Source: an uncultured Gemmatimonadales bacterium (GTDB taxonomy: Bacteria; Gemmatimonadota; Gemmatimonadetes; Gemmatimonadales; GWC2-71-9). Taken from it: a stretch of DNA of 64,000 bases. The notes beneath the pieces were generated by a model that made no database searches, had not been told where the DNA came from, and worked only from the letters and a program-made list of their open reading frames with translations. The translations under genes were made by a program, and so were the position numbers. Positions within the stretch are counted from its first letter, which is position 1. Each line of letters begins with the position of its first letter. The stretch covers positions 513,788 to 577,787 of the forward strand of contig CAVOPE010000008.1 of NCBI GenBank assembly GCA_963697755.1, written 5' to 3'. This document shows positions 38,490 to 46,293 of this stretch, one piece after another.

Positions 38490-39872
38490 TCAATGTCCAT
38501 CGTGGTCACTAACACCACGATACCGCGAGATCAACTGGCGCAACATCGCCGCATCGCTTATCGATGCGTTCTCTTTGAAAGCAAGGTTCGGCACGATCAA
38601 AAAGGCCAGGAGCGGGATGGCGATCGCGTAAACGTACTGCGTCCGCGACACGCCGATGCCGAACGGAAACCAGATGCCCCGCACGCCGATCGTATCGAGC
38701 AGCTCGCCGCCGAATAGCCCGGCCATAATCGAGGCTAACGTGGCGAGCGCCAGGATCTGCATTGGTCCGCTGCGGACAATGCGCGCGCCTATCACGACAA
38801 ACAGTGCGATCGACCCGAGCCGGCTGCCACTTGTCACACTCGCCGAATGGATCACGGCGCCGAAAATCCCGGCGACCGCCAATACCACAGCCGACACATC
38901 GATGCTTCGCCACGGACGTAGGCACCAGCGGTTCCAGGCCAACGTCCAGGCGGCCCCTGCTGGCACCCACATCACTGACGCCAGCCACGCATAGGTAGTC
39001 AGATCTACCAGATCGGTCCATGAGACGATCGCATTGCTGAGGCGCCTGGCTGCGGTAAGCGCAAGCGCGATGCTGGCAAAGATCCAGAAACCCTTGTGGC
39101 TGCTGCAAGACCGGCACCCGAGTGCCAAGCCGATGAGTGCCAACATGGCGATCGGCTCGATCACATCGACGATGTAACCGGCGATGGTTCGCTCCCATTG
39201 CACGCGGTGGAGCGCATCGCTTATCGGCCGCGGAGCCAGTATGGGCGCGCTGTGCATGCCGCCGCCGTCTGCGCTGACCCCGGAACTGGGAAGCATGTAT
39301 GTGCGGACAGCGAGCACGCCACGGGTGCCCGCCGCATCGGCGGGAAGGGCGAACCGCAGCGGCCGCGTGCCGACGACGCGCGGGGCTGGGCCGAGCATGC
39401 CCGACCCGCCTAGCCGTTGGCCGTTCCAATAGAGTTCGTAGCCGTCCTGGACGAGGGTCGGCCCGAGGATGTCCCACGACGCGCGTCCGGCCGGCACCGT
39501 CACCGCGCGCCGGTACCAGGCGTAGCCGTGATAGCTGGGATGACCGTGCGCCATCCACCCGCCTACGTAATCGGGCAGACCCACGTCGCCGTCGTGGCTG
39601 CCCGGCAAGGCGGTCATATCGACAGTCTCCCAACCGCTATCGTCTGTATTGGCGTCCGCCCAGTGTGGGTCATCGCCGGTATGGAATCGCCAGGAGCCAT
39701 CGAGCAGAGTAGCTGCGGCGCGCAGCGTCGGCGGATCAGGCCGGCCGCCGCTCGCCAAGTCGGCGATCACGATGGCCCACGCCATCAGCGTCGTTATGAC
39801 GATGCCGACGATCAGTTTGCGTTGTGTTGCGTCGATGGATGTCGCCGTCGAAGATGTCGATTTGGGCATCAT
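38490..39872 (-). CDS. 7TMR-DISM-type membrane sensor module without output domain
   Basis: 460 aa. After an N-terminal TM segment comes an extracellular sugar-binding-like domain (WRFHTGDDPHWADANTDDSGWETVDM...YHGYAWYRRAVTVPA...YELYWNGQRLGG), then seven predicted TM segments and a short tail. Confidence 0.7.
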   Translation of the reverse strand: MMPKSTSSTATSIDATQRKLIVGIVITTLMAWAIVIADLASGGRPDPPTLRAAATLLDGSWRFHTGDDPHWADANTDDSGWETVDMTALPGSHDGDVGLPDYVGGWMAHGHPSYHGYAWYRRAVTVPAGRASWDILGPTLVQDGYELYWNGQRLGGSGMLGPAPRVVGTRPLRFALPADAAGTRGVLAVRTYMLPSSGVSADGGGMHSAPILAPRPISDALHRVQWERTIAGYIVDVIEPIAMLALIGLALGCRSCSSHKGFWIFASIALALTAARRLSNAIVSWTDLVDLTTYAWLASVMWVPAGAAWTLAWNRWCLRPWRSIDVSAVVLAVAGIFGAVIHSASVTSGSRLGSIALFVVIGARIVRSGPMQILALATLASIMAGLFGGELLDTIGVRGIWFPFGIGVSRTQYVYAIAIPLLAFLIVPNLAFKENASISDAAMLRQLISRYRGVSDHDGH

Positions 39873-40196
39873 GCGATGATCTCATCGTCGGGTTTTCGAT
39901 GTCGGCAAACAGGCTACTACTGGTAACTACGCAGGTCGCCGCCTTAACGTGCCACACGGCGCCGGATCTGTTATCGCCGTCTCTGAGCGACAAGAGATCC
40001 TAGAGCCGTCCGGGTAAGAGGCTAGAGAGATGACCCAGGCACGGTAAGAACTGCTCACCAAGATTGAGCAGGGCACCACACTATTTCGTCCTGAAGAGAC
40101 TTGCCCGGGCGTGGACACATCGTTCACCGCGGTCTTCGGTCTTCGATCGCCTCATGCCGGTCGGCTTTCCCAGAGCGTCCGCCAACGAGCATCGCG

Positions 40197-40523
40197 ATGA
40201 ATCGTTTCGGCATTCCTGCGAACACAGAGCAGAGGATAAGGGCACGAGACACGCGCTGCGTGTACTGTGGCAAGCAATTCTCCCACGCTTCACGTAAGGA
40301 CATGCCGACCATCGAGCATCTGCACGAGAAGCGGCCCTTCTATTGGGAGGAAGGCCTGAAGGAGGAGGGTCTGGCCATTTGCTGCGGTAGCTGCAACTCC
40401 AGCAGGGGAAACAAGAGCTTGCAGGAATGGTTACAGACGTCCTATTGCACGCAGCGCGACATGCCCATAAACAGCAGTACTGTCGCGGAGCCGGTGAGAA
40501 GATACCTCCGATCCGCAAGGTGA
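40197..40523 (+). CDS. HNH endonuclease family protein
   Basis: Trimmed to the ATG at 40197. The sequence MNRFGIPANTEQRIRARDTRCVYCGKQF...TIEHL...CCGSCNSSRGNKSLQEW shows the CxxC...H...CxxCN HNH pattern. Confidence 0.7.
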   Translation: MNRFGIPANTEQRIRARDTRCVYCGKQFSHASRKDMPTIEHLHEKRPFYWEEGLKEEGLAICCGSCNSSRGNKSLQEWLQTSYCTQRDMPINSSTVAEPVRRYLRSAR

Positions 40524-40876
40524 GCGCTCGAAGTCACGGATGACCATCAAGGCGAAACAATCTCGCAAGCATTGTGATTTTTTTCTGAAGGCACCATCGA
40601 CCGATTTTTCTCCCCAAGCATCCTCGCGACCCCCTGGCCAGGCCTTTGCTCGGGCCACCAACTCGTACGCACCGAAATCCGGTTACTACGCTCGCGTCTC
40701 GGTGTCGGCCAGCTCGCCCGAGGACGCACGGGTTCCGGTCAAGCACCGGGACTACAGCACGGGACACGCCATTCTGGTCACGAGACGACACGGTTTGTGA
40801 AGCAGCCGAATATTATTGAGCAGAAGGCTTATAGGGATACCTGGGGATGATAGGCGAAGGGGGGACAAAGAAGACA

Positions 40877-41494
40877 ATGAAAACATCACTTCAGGCAAGC
40901 AAGAGCGTACTGTCGCTCATTGACCACCAATCAAATCTGTTCAATGGAATCATGTCGCACAAGCCGGCATATGTAAAAAATAATGTGCTGGCATTGGCAA
41001 AAGGTGCTTCGATATTGGATATTCCGGTTGTACTAACCGTTATAAGTCCACAAACAAACGGACCGATGATTTCTGAAATCACTGAAATGTTTCCGGATGT
41101 TTTTGTAATAGTCCGCAAGCATCCCTCATTCAATGCTTTTGACGAGCCAGAATTTGTTCAGGCAATAAAAAGTACGGGACGAAAACAACTTGTACTTACC
41201 GGTCTGTGGACGAGCATGTGTATGTCGTTCAGCGCACAGCAAGCTTTGCAGGAAGGTTTTGAAGTTTTCGGAGTGATGGATACTTCCGGCTCCGAATCGT
41301 TGGATGCATACAATATGGCTGTGCAACGTATGATTGGTGCAGGAGTAATACCTTGCACGTGGATGCAAACTGTTTCTGAATGGATGGATAACTGGCTAAA
41401 TCCTAAAGCTGGCGACATGTTCACTCAAGTGTATTGTCCGTACAGCAAAGGCAATCCATTTTTTGACCAAGATATGCCTGAAGGCACCAATTAG
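40877..41494 (+). CDS. Isochorismatase-family cysteine hydrolase
   Basis: Trimmed to the ATG at 40877. It has SLIDHQ (Asp) and LVLTGLWTSMCM (Cys) motifs. This is the most AT-rich gene in the window by eye. Confidence 0.75.
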   Translation: MKTSLQASKSVLSLIDHQSNLFNGIMSHKPAYVKNNVLALAKGASILDIPVVLTVISPQTNGPMISEITEMFPDVFVIVRKHPSFNAFDEPEFVQAIKSTGRKQLVLTGLWTSMCMSFSAQQALQEGFEVFGVMDTSGSESLDAYNMAVQRMIGAGVIPCTWMQTVSEWMDNWLNPKAGDMFTQVYCPYSKGNPFFDQDMPEGTN

Positions 41495-41667
41495 AGTGCC
41501 CGCGAGATTGGCGGTGCTGGACTCCCGCCGGCGGGTGGAGTGACGTACGCAACGGTGCTCGTCGTCGTGGTCAGCCTCGGACTCCTTGCGGTAGAAGCCG
41601 CCAGACGACGGGCCCCCCTCAGGGGTCCCTAGGCTCAACAGCTCTGCAAGCTGGCGCACTCGTCGCG

Positions 41668-41985
41668 TTGATACGTCTCAGCCTGTTCTGGGCTGGGCTC
41701 GCGCTGTACAGTGGCCACACCGACTCGCGGCAAGGTGCGGGCTACGCGCTGTTGATTTTGAACGCCGTGGTTGAATTAGCGCTCGCCGCGTCACTGTACG
41801 ACAGGCAACCGGGCCTGCCCTTGATGGTGGCCGGATTGATTCTGCTAACCAGTCTCTTGTTGGGGTTCGTGGGATGGCTGCGATTCGCCCGCCATTTGGG
41901 GGAGCGGCCTAACCCGCGCATGCAGCCGACAGGCTGGACGGGCACCGGGCTCCGCTCGGGCGACGCCTCCGCTGAGGCCCACTAA
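41668..41985 (+). CDS. Small hydrophobic cassette protein (3 predicted TM segments)
   Basis: Track ORF with a TTG start inside a degenerate R'-like GTTGATA at 41667. Its 3' end runs into the attC at 41907. Confidence 0.45.
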   Translation: MIRLSLFWAGLALYSGHTDSRQGAGYALLILNAVVELALAASLYDRQPGLPLMVAGLILLTSLLLGFVGWLRFARHLGERPNPRMQPTGWTGTGLRSGDASAEAH

Positions 41986-42048
41986 GGAAGCATTGGTTTG
42001 TGCGGGCGCGGGCTTGAGGGCCTGCAGCTGATACGCAAGTCGTTAGGC
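41907..42048 (+). other. attC-like recombination site, 142 nt, canonical cores
   Basis: GCCTAAC-ccgcgcatgcagccgacagg ... ggcctgcagctgatacgcaagtc-GTTAGGC. R'' is the exact reverse complement of R'. Confidence 0.75.
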
Positions 42049-42101
42049 AGCGACTGGAGTCCACCGAGGGTTGGCAGCTCCGCCGTGGGAGTGGAGGCAG
42101 G

Positions 42102-42484
42102 TTGATCGAGGGAGGATCGGACCCGAGCGCGAGGCGCGTGGAGTCCGTGGCGGACATCGACGCGCTCATCACGGATACGGCCGCCGTGCTGGTGGTCCGG
42201 CCGGACGATCGCAAGCTCGCGGCGCTCGGTCGGCTGAACGCGCTCCGGCGGCTGTACCGGGAAGGCCCCTCGCAGGTCACCGACAGTGGGCTGTGCTATC
42301 TCGTCACCTTCCCGCTCGAGGTGCTCGACTTGGGGGAGAGCTCCCAGATCACTGACCACGGGCTGGTAGAGCTGCGACTGATCCGCAGTTTGCGCTGGCT
42401 CGAGGTGACGGGGTGTCCCCGCTCACCGTGGCCGGGCTCCAGGCGCTCCAGGCGGCGCTTCCACGGTGTGAGATCGTCGCGTAG
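42102..42484 (+). pseudogene. Leucine-rich-repeat protein cassette, frameshifted in a G/C run near 42411-42420
   Basis: The track frame gives ...LDLGESSQITDHGLVELRLIRSLRWLEVTG. The LRR C-terminus PLTVAGLQALQAALPRCEIVA* continues in another frame, ending at TAG 42482-42484. The 269-aa track ORF is a read-through into the next cassette. Confidence 0.6.
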
Positions 42485-42486
42485 CC

Positions 42487-42512
42487 GCTGCCTGATGCGC
42501 AAGTCGTTAGAC
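42487..42512 (+). other. attC 3' half (L'-R'), GTTAGAC at 42506-42512
   Basis: gctgcctgatgcgcaagtcGTTAGAC. No family-type R''/L'' half lies upstream. Confidence 0.55.
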
Positions 42513-42533
42513 CGACAGACAAGCATCATCAAC

Positions 42534-42911
42534 ATGCGAAGGTCGCGGATTGGACTTGGACTGGCGGGAGTGTTCGCAGTTGCCGCAGCCGCGGGGCTCT
42601 GGACTGCCCCAGCGTGGCTCATCGACCGAATCGCAAGATGGTTTTCGGGCTGCCTATACCGAGTGTCGACCAGAGCGCCGCTCCTCGCGCTGACGATCGA
42701 CGATGGCCCTGACCCGAGCACAACACCCCTCATACTGGCCGAACTGCGTCGTCACGGCGCGCGCGCAACATTCTTTCTGATTGCTGAACGCGTCGCGGGA
42801 CAGCAGGAGTTGGTGTGCAGGCTCGTGGCCGAGGGACATGAACTCGGGAATCATTTCACGCGGAATCGGCCGAGTATTCGGTTGGACCCAGTTGCGTTCG
42901 TTTGCAGCTGA
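42534..42911 (+). pseudogene. Polysaccharide deacetylase (NodB-domain) cassette, 3'-truncated
   Basis: MRRSRIGLGL... has an N-terminal TM segment, then LALTIDDGPDPSTTPLILAELRRHGARATFFLIAERV...GHELGNHF. The domain then breaks off, and the stop TGA 42909-42911 lies inside the attC GCAGCTGAT motif. Confidence 0.65.
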
Positions 42912-42928
42912 TTTGCAATCCGTTAGAC
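42899..42928 (+). other. attC 3' half (L'-R'), GTTAGAC at 42922-42928
   Basis: cgtttgcagctgatttgcaatccGTTAGAC, fused directly to the truncated deacetylase ORF. Confidence 0.55.
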
Positions 42929-42954
42929 AGCTGCACCAAGTGTGAGGGGGCAAG

Positions 42955-43329
42955 GTGAGCTGGGAAATCGCGTGGGCTGAGGCCGGCGTCGCACGTCGCT
43001 TCGTACAGCGGCTGTCTCAGCTGAGCGCACGTGACCGGCGGCCGGCGCTGCCGCTTTTACTCGATAGCGACCCCTATCTGAGCGCCTGGATCAATGTCGA
43101 GGCAGCGCTGGGGAGCGTACCAGATGCTGATCAGGGGCGGTTCCGGGAACTCATTGCAGAATTGGATGCGGAACTGGACCACGTGGACATACTTCCGAGC
43201 TTTCGTGAGGCGGCGCGCCGAACCGTGCTGGCACTCCTGGCACGCCGATGGCTGCTGACCCCCGAGAGCTTCACCTTTGTTTACGAACCATTTGAGAAAG
43301 TGATCCCCTTAACCTCACTCAGTGAGTGA
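42955..43329 (+). CDS. Hypothetical cassette protein (124 aa)
   Basis: Track ORF with a GTG start preceded by gaggggg. It has no recognisable domain and is bounded by attC elements. Confidence 0.5.
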   Translation: MSWEIAWAEAGVARRFVQRLSQLSARDRRPALPLLLDSDPYLSAWINVEAALGSVPDADQGRFRELIAELDAELDHVDILPSFREAARRTVLALLARRWLLTPESFTFVYEPFEKVIPLTSLSE

Positions 43330-43353
43330 CGGCCAGTTAGGGCGCCGGTAGCT

Positions 43354-43481
43354 GTCCACCCCGCTCATGCAGCCGACAAACGCGGTCGACGTTGGGCGCC
43401 GCCCGCGTCCAGCCCTCCCCGCGGCGACAAAGGACCGTAGGTTGTCACAGGTCGTTTGCAGCTGATTAGCCATCCGTTAGG
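43354..43481 (+). other. attC-like site, 128 nt, degenerate R'' (GTCCACC)
   Basis: gtccacc-ccgctcatgcagccgacaaa ... cgtttgcagctgattagccatcc-GTTAGGC. Confidence 0.55.
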
Positions 43482-43555
43482 CGGCCACGAGCATCGGTTG
43501 GTGGGTTAGCAAAGAGCGTCTCTGCAATCGTCTCGCGCTGAACTAAGGGGGCAGT

Positions 43556-43933
43556 ATGAGTGAGGCTGCTTGGTCGGAGCACGTGTCGAACCTGAACGCA
43601 ATGCTCGACACTCTCGAAGGCCGAGTACGGAGCGGGGATCGGAGCACACCCGGACTCTCGGAGTTGAAGAGCGCCCTAGACGATCTACGGCTGCGGACCT
43701 GGAGCCTGCTTACAGCGATTCACGAGGATGATCCCCACGCCTTTCAGGAGCAGTTCCGCACGTTACGTGGCACTGAGATGTGCCGCGCGCTGAGCATAGA
43801 CCTGCGGACAGGGAAGATGAGTGGCCGACAGCCGGACGTGCCGGCTCTGGGCGCCGCCGCGCGTGATCTAGCAGCAGCAGTGAAGGAAGGGGCCGGGAAG
43901 GCTCCAAAGCGGCGCGGCAAGGGTACCCCCTGA
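43556..43933 (+). CDS. Hypothetical cassette protein (125 aa, helical, basic C-terminal tail)
   Basis: Track ORF with a gggggca RBS-like stretch upstream. It has no recognisable domain. Confidence 0.5.
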   Translation: MSEAAWSEHVSNLNAMLDTLEGRVRSGDRSTPGLSELKSALDDLRLRTWSLLTAIHEDDPHAFQEQFRTLRGTEMCRALSIDLRTGKMSGRQPDVPALGAAARDLAAAVKEGAGKAPKRRGKGTP

Positions 43934-43942
43934 GCGCTGGCC

Positions 43943-44079
43943 GCCTAACCCGCGCATGCAGCCGACGGGCCGCTCGGCCTCGCGTTCCGCTCGGGCGCTG
44001 CCCCCCGACGGCGGCCAACGGAACGTACGTTCGTGCGGGCGGGCATGATCGCCCGCAGCTGATGCGCATTTCGTGAGGC
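43943..44079 (+). other. attC-like site, 137 nt (R'' GCCTAAC, R' GTGAGGC)
   Basis: GCCTAAC-ccgcgcatgcagccgacggg ... cgcccgcagctgatgcgcatttc-GTGAGGC. There is one mismatch in the R' core. Confidence 0.65.
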
Positions 44080-44110
44080 TGACAGTAGCCAACCTTCGGG
44101 CGAGACAGCA

Positions 44111-44308
44111 ATGCTCTTTCGATTCGGTCCCCTGCACCGCACCGCGGGATGGTTGCTGACTCTGCTCGGTCTGCTCGCGCTCGCAGTGGGAGGGCGCGGG
44201 TATCTGACTGGAGCGCCTGTGCGCCCCGGGTGGGTACTTGGAGGACTGATCGGGATCGTCGTTGGGACCGCCCTGGTGCGGTGGGCGCGCCGAGCTTGCC
44301 CGGACTAG
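44111..44308 (+). CDS. Small membrane cassette protein (65 aa, 2 predicted TM segments)
   Basis: Track ORF, hydrophobic, lying between attC elements. Confidence 0.4.
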   Translation: MLFRFGPLHRTAGWLLTLLGLLALAVGGRGYLTGAPVRPGWVLGGLIGIVVGTALVRWARRACPD

Positions 44309-44325
44309 GCTTCTCGCCGGCTGCA

Positions 44326-44352
44326 GCCTCACCCGCGCATGCAGCCGACAAG
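44326..44352 (+). other. Terminal attC 5' half (R'' GCCTCAC) with decayed 3' part
   Basis: gcctcac-ccgcgcatgcagccgacaag. Downstream there is only a faint cctgatcgcactgacga resemblance to L'-R'. Confidence 0.45.
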
Positions 44353-44730
44353 CCCGGGCGATGCGGGTGCTTCGCCTGGATCCCCTGATCGCACTGACGA
44401 TCTCATGTCCCGTCCGGCGGTGACGTATCCAATCCATTCTTGCCAAGCGGCCAATTCCGCCGACCACGCCCCTGCCGTCGTGGGGAACTTGAAAAGTCAG
44501 TCTCGCTAACAGGGGCGATGTCGCCCGATAGCCCCTACACGTTGGGAAAGGACTCGGGACTCGCCTCACTCGACAGGCAAGAGTGGGGGGAAGGCTAACT
44601 CGGGTAGCTCCCCTTTGGGGGCTTCCCCAATCAAGAGGCTAGGGCAGCGGGGTATCAAGAGGATAACAACTCGCACTTCCCGCAAGCTAAGCGGCCACGC
44701 TGCAAGTGGTTGCAAAGCCAGATATCCGTG

Positions 44731-44772
44731 CTGAAAATCCGCGTGGCGGGGGTTCAATTCCCTCTCTGGTCA
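44731..44772 (+). repeat. tRNA-Phe 3' fragment (att repeat 3), 39/42 identical
   Basis: ctgaaaatccgcgtgGcgggggttcAattccctctctggTca, with three substitutions. This is the most diverged copy. Confidence 0.8.
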
Positions 44773-44912
44773 CTCTTCGCAACCTGAAGGCGACCTAACT
44801 CACGAAGGGGCCACCTGGGGATGGTGGCCCTTTCGACACCTAGCACCTATAGATCCCCAATACAATCTGCCGGACTCGATACTAAGGGCGCTGACCTTTA
44901 ACATTCGGGAGC

Positions 44913-45836
44913 ATGCAGCAGGGCCGTCGCGCACCAGTACACATTATGGCGCGATCAAGAGGATTTCGAGCTGCTGCAGAACGGGAGGTTCCCACGCTAG
45001 TCTTCGAGAGCGCGCGCGTCGACGCCGCTGGCGCAACCGATATTGGCAAAGTTCGACAAACGAATGAGGACCAGTACCTCATCGCGGGACTCCGGCGGGT
45101 CGTCGAGATCGAGGAGACCAGCATCCCAATCGAGGGCCGGCTGGGATTCACTCGGGGCGCGAGCGCGCTGCTGCTCCTCGTGGCCGACGGCGTGGGTGGC
45201 GGCAAGGGTGGCGAGGAGGCGAGCAGCCGAACGCTTGACACGATCGTACGGTACGTCGCCGGCTCCTCACTCTTCTTCTCCAACCTGGACCAAGAGGGTC
45301 AGCGCGCACTCCTGCACGACCTGACGCTTTCGGTGCAGTGGAGCCACGCCGCTGTGCGGAACGAGGCGGCGGCGAGCACCAGCCTGCAGGGGATGGCCAC
45401 GACGCTCACCATGGTCCTCGTGCTCTGGCCTCGGGCCTACGTCGTCCAGATCGGCGACAGCCGCTGTTACCACCTGCGCACACCCACCATCACGCAAGTC
45501 ACCAAGGACCAGACGATGGCCCAACAAATGATCGACCAGGGCGTGCTCCCCGCCGCGGCTGCCGAACGGTCGCCGCTGAGCCACGTCCTGTCCCAGGCGG
45601 TGGGCAACAAGGAGAGCGAGATCTGGCCCGAGATCTCGTCCCTGGACCTAGAGCCCGGCGACACCCTGCTGCTCTGCACCGACGGGCTCACCAAGCACGT
45701 GGCCGAGGCCCAGATCGCCGAATTGATGACGAAGGCGGAGTCGGCCAAAGGGGCATGCGCCTCGCTGATCAATGCGGCACTGACAGACGGCGGCAGCGAC
45801 AACGTCACGGTGGTTGTGACCCGCTTGCTCACCTAA
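44913..45836 (+). CDS. PP2C-family serine/threonine phosphatase
   Basis: 307 aa with TDIGKVRQTNEDQ, VADGVGG, DSRCY, LLLCTDGL and GGSDNVTVVV motifs. Confidence 0.88.
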   Translation: MQQGRRAPVHIMARSRGFRAAAEREVPTLVFESARVDAAGATDIGKVRQTNEDQYLIAGLRRVVEIEETSIPIEGRLGFTRGASALLLLVADGVGGGKGGEEASSRTLDTIVRYVAGSSLFFSNLDQEGQRALLHDLTLSVQWSHAAVRNEAAASTSLQGMATTLTMVLVLWPRAYVVQIGDSRCYHLRTPTITQVTKDQTMAQQMIDQGVLPAAAAERSPLSHVLSQAVGNKESEIWPEISSLDLEPGDTLLLCTDGLTKHVAEAQIAELMTKAESAKGACASLINAALTDGGSDNVTVVVTRLLT

Positions 45837-45892
45837 GCGCCGGGCAAACGGGCAGTACTACGCGGTGCAGATTGACCGCACTCCTCTTACCG

Positions 45893-46035
45893 GATCTAGT
45901 ACCTGAGTCGTACCTGAACTCCTCATTCCTAGAGGGTTCTCGCCGGTACGGGGCGACTCCGTGGGGAACCGTAAGTCGTTGCTCGAAGGCGCCTAACCGA
46001 TCTCCGCGGTTCTCAGCGAATCAGCCGCTGACACC
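45893..46035 (+). repeat. 143-nt island right-arm repeat, copy 2
   Basis: See 33669-33811. It holds the same position relative to the att repeat. Confidence 0.75.
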
Positions 46036-46078
46036 CTGAAAATCCGCGTGTCGGGGGTTCGATTCCCCTCTCTGGCCA
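46036..46078 (+). repeat. tRNA-Phe 3' fragment (att repeat 4), one extra C
   Basis: ctgaaaatccgcgtgtcgggggttcgattccCctctctggcca. It is followed by a terminator, so it is probably the ancestral tRNA 3' end. Confidence 0.85.
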
Positions 46079-46101
46079 TTCAACTCGATCGTTCACTCAC
46101 G

Positions 46102-46147
46102 GCGGCAACGAGTTAGCCTGGTCGGGCTCGTTGCCGCTTCTTTCGTT
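46102..46147 (+). terminator. Rho-independent terminator
   Basis: An 11-bp perfect stem, gcggcaacgag / ctcgttgccgc (46102-46112 / 46127-46137), is followed by ttctttcgtt. Confidence 0.75.
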
Positions 46148-46293
46148 ACCAGCGCTTTTCGCGACTGGAAATCGCGTGGTACCGCCCGCCCGCTCTTGAC
46201 ACCCGCGAAACCAGCGCAAATCATTGCACTTCGGTTGCAACCGTGGTGGACCTCCTCGCCCGCCCTCCCCACCAGCTGGACGATCAAGGGCCT

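Larger units (their letters stand above)
36760..44352 (+). mobile_element. Integron-type gene-cassette array lacking an integron integrase (CALIN-like)
   Basis: It begins at a GTTAGAC core at 36760. There are six further R'-type ends and five R''-type starts on the plus strand, short co-oriented ORFs, and no intI-like ORF in the window. Confidence 0.65.
27229..46078 (+). mobile_element. Tandem array of four integrase-less genomic islands accreted at tRNA-Phe
   Basis: The intact tRNA is followed by four direct repeats of its 3' 42 nt (33812, 36518, 44731, 46036). The cargo is heterogeneous and composition is patchy. Confidence 0.7.

Noticed and set aside
41494-41667. GC-rich hairpin (ctcccgccggcgggtggag) and a weak L'-R'-like stretch (41644-41674) as a full attC
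   Set aside because: No R''/L'' partner is recognisable, and the R' core (GTTGATA) departs from GTTRRRY. I kept it only as a possible eroded site.
42102-42911. Single 269-aa protein predicted by the ORF track
   Set aside because: It is a chimera. An LRR gene whose true C-terminus is in another frame reads through an attC half-site into the next cassette, the NodB deacetylase with its own ATG at 42534.
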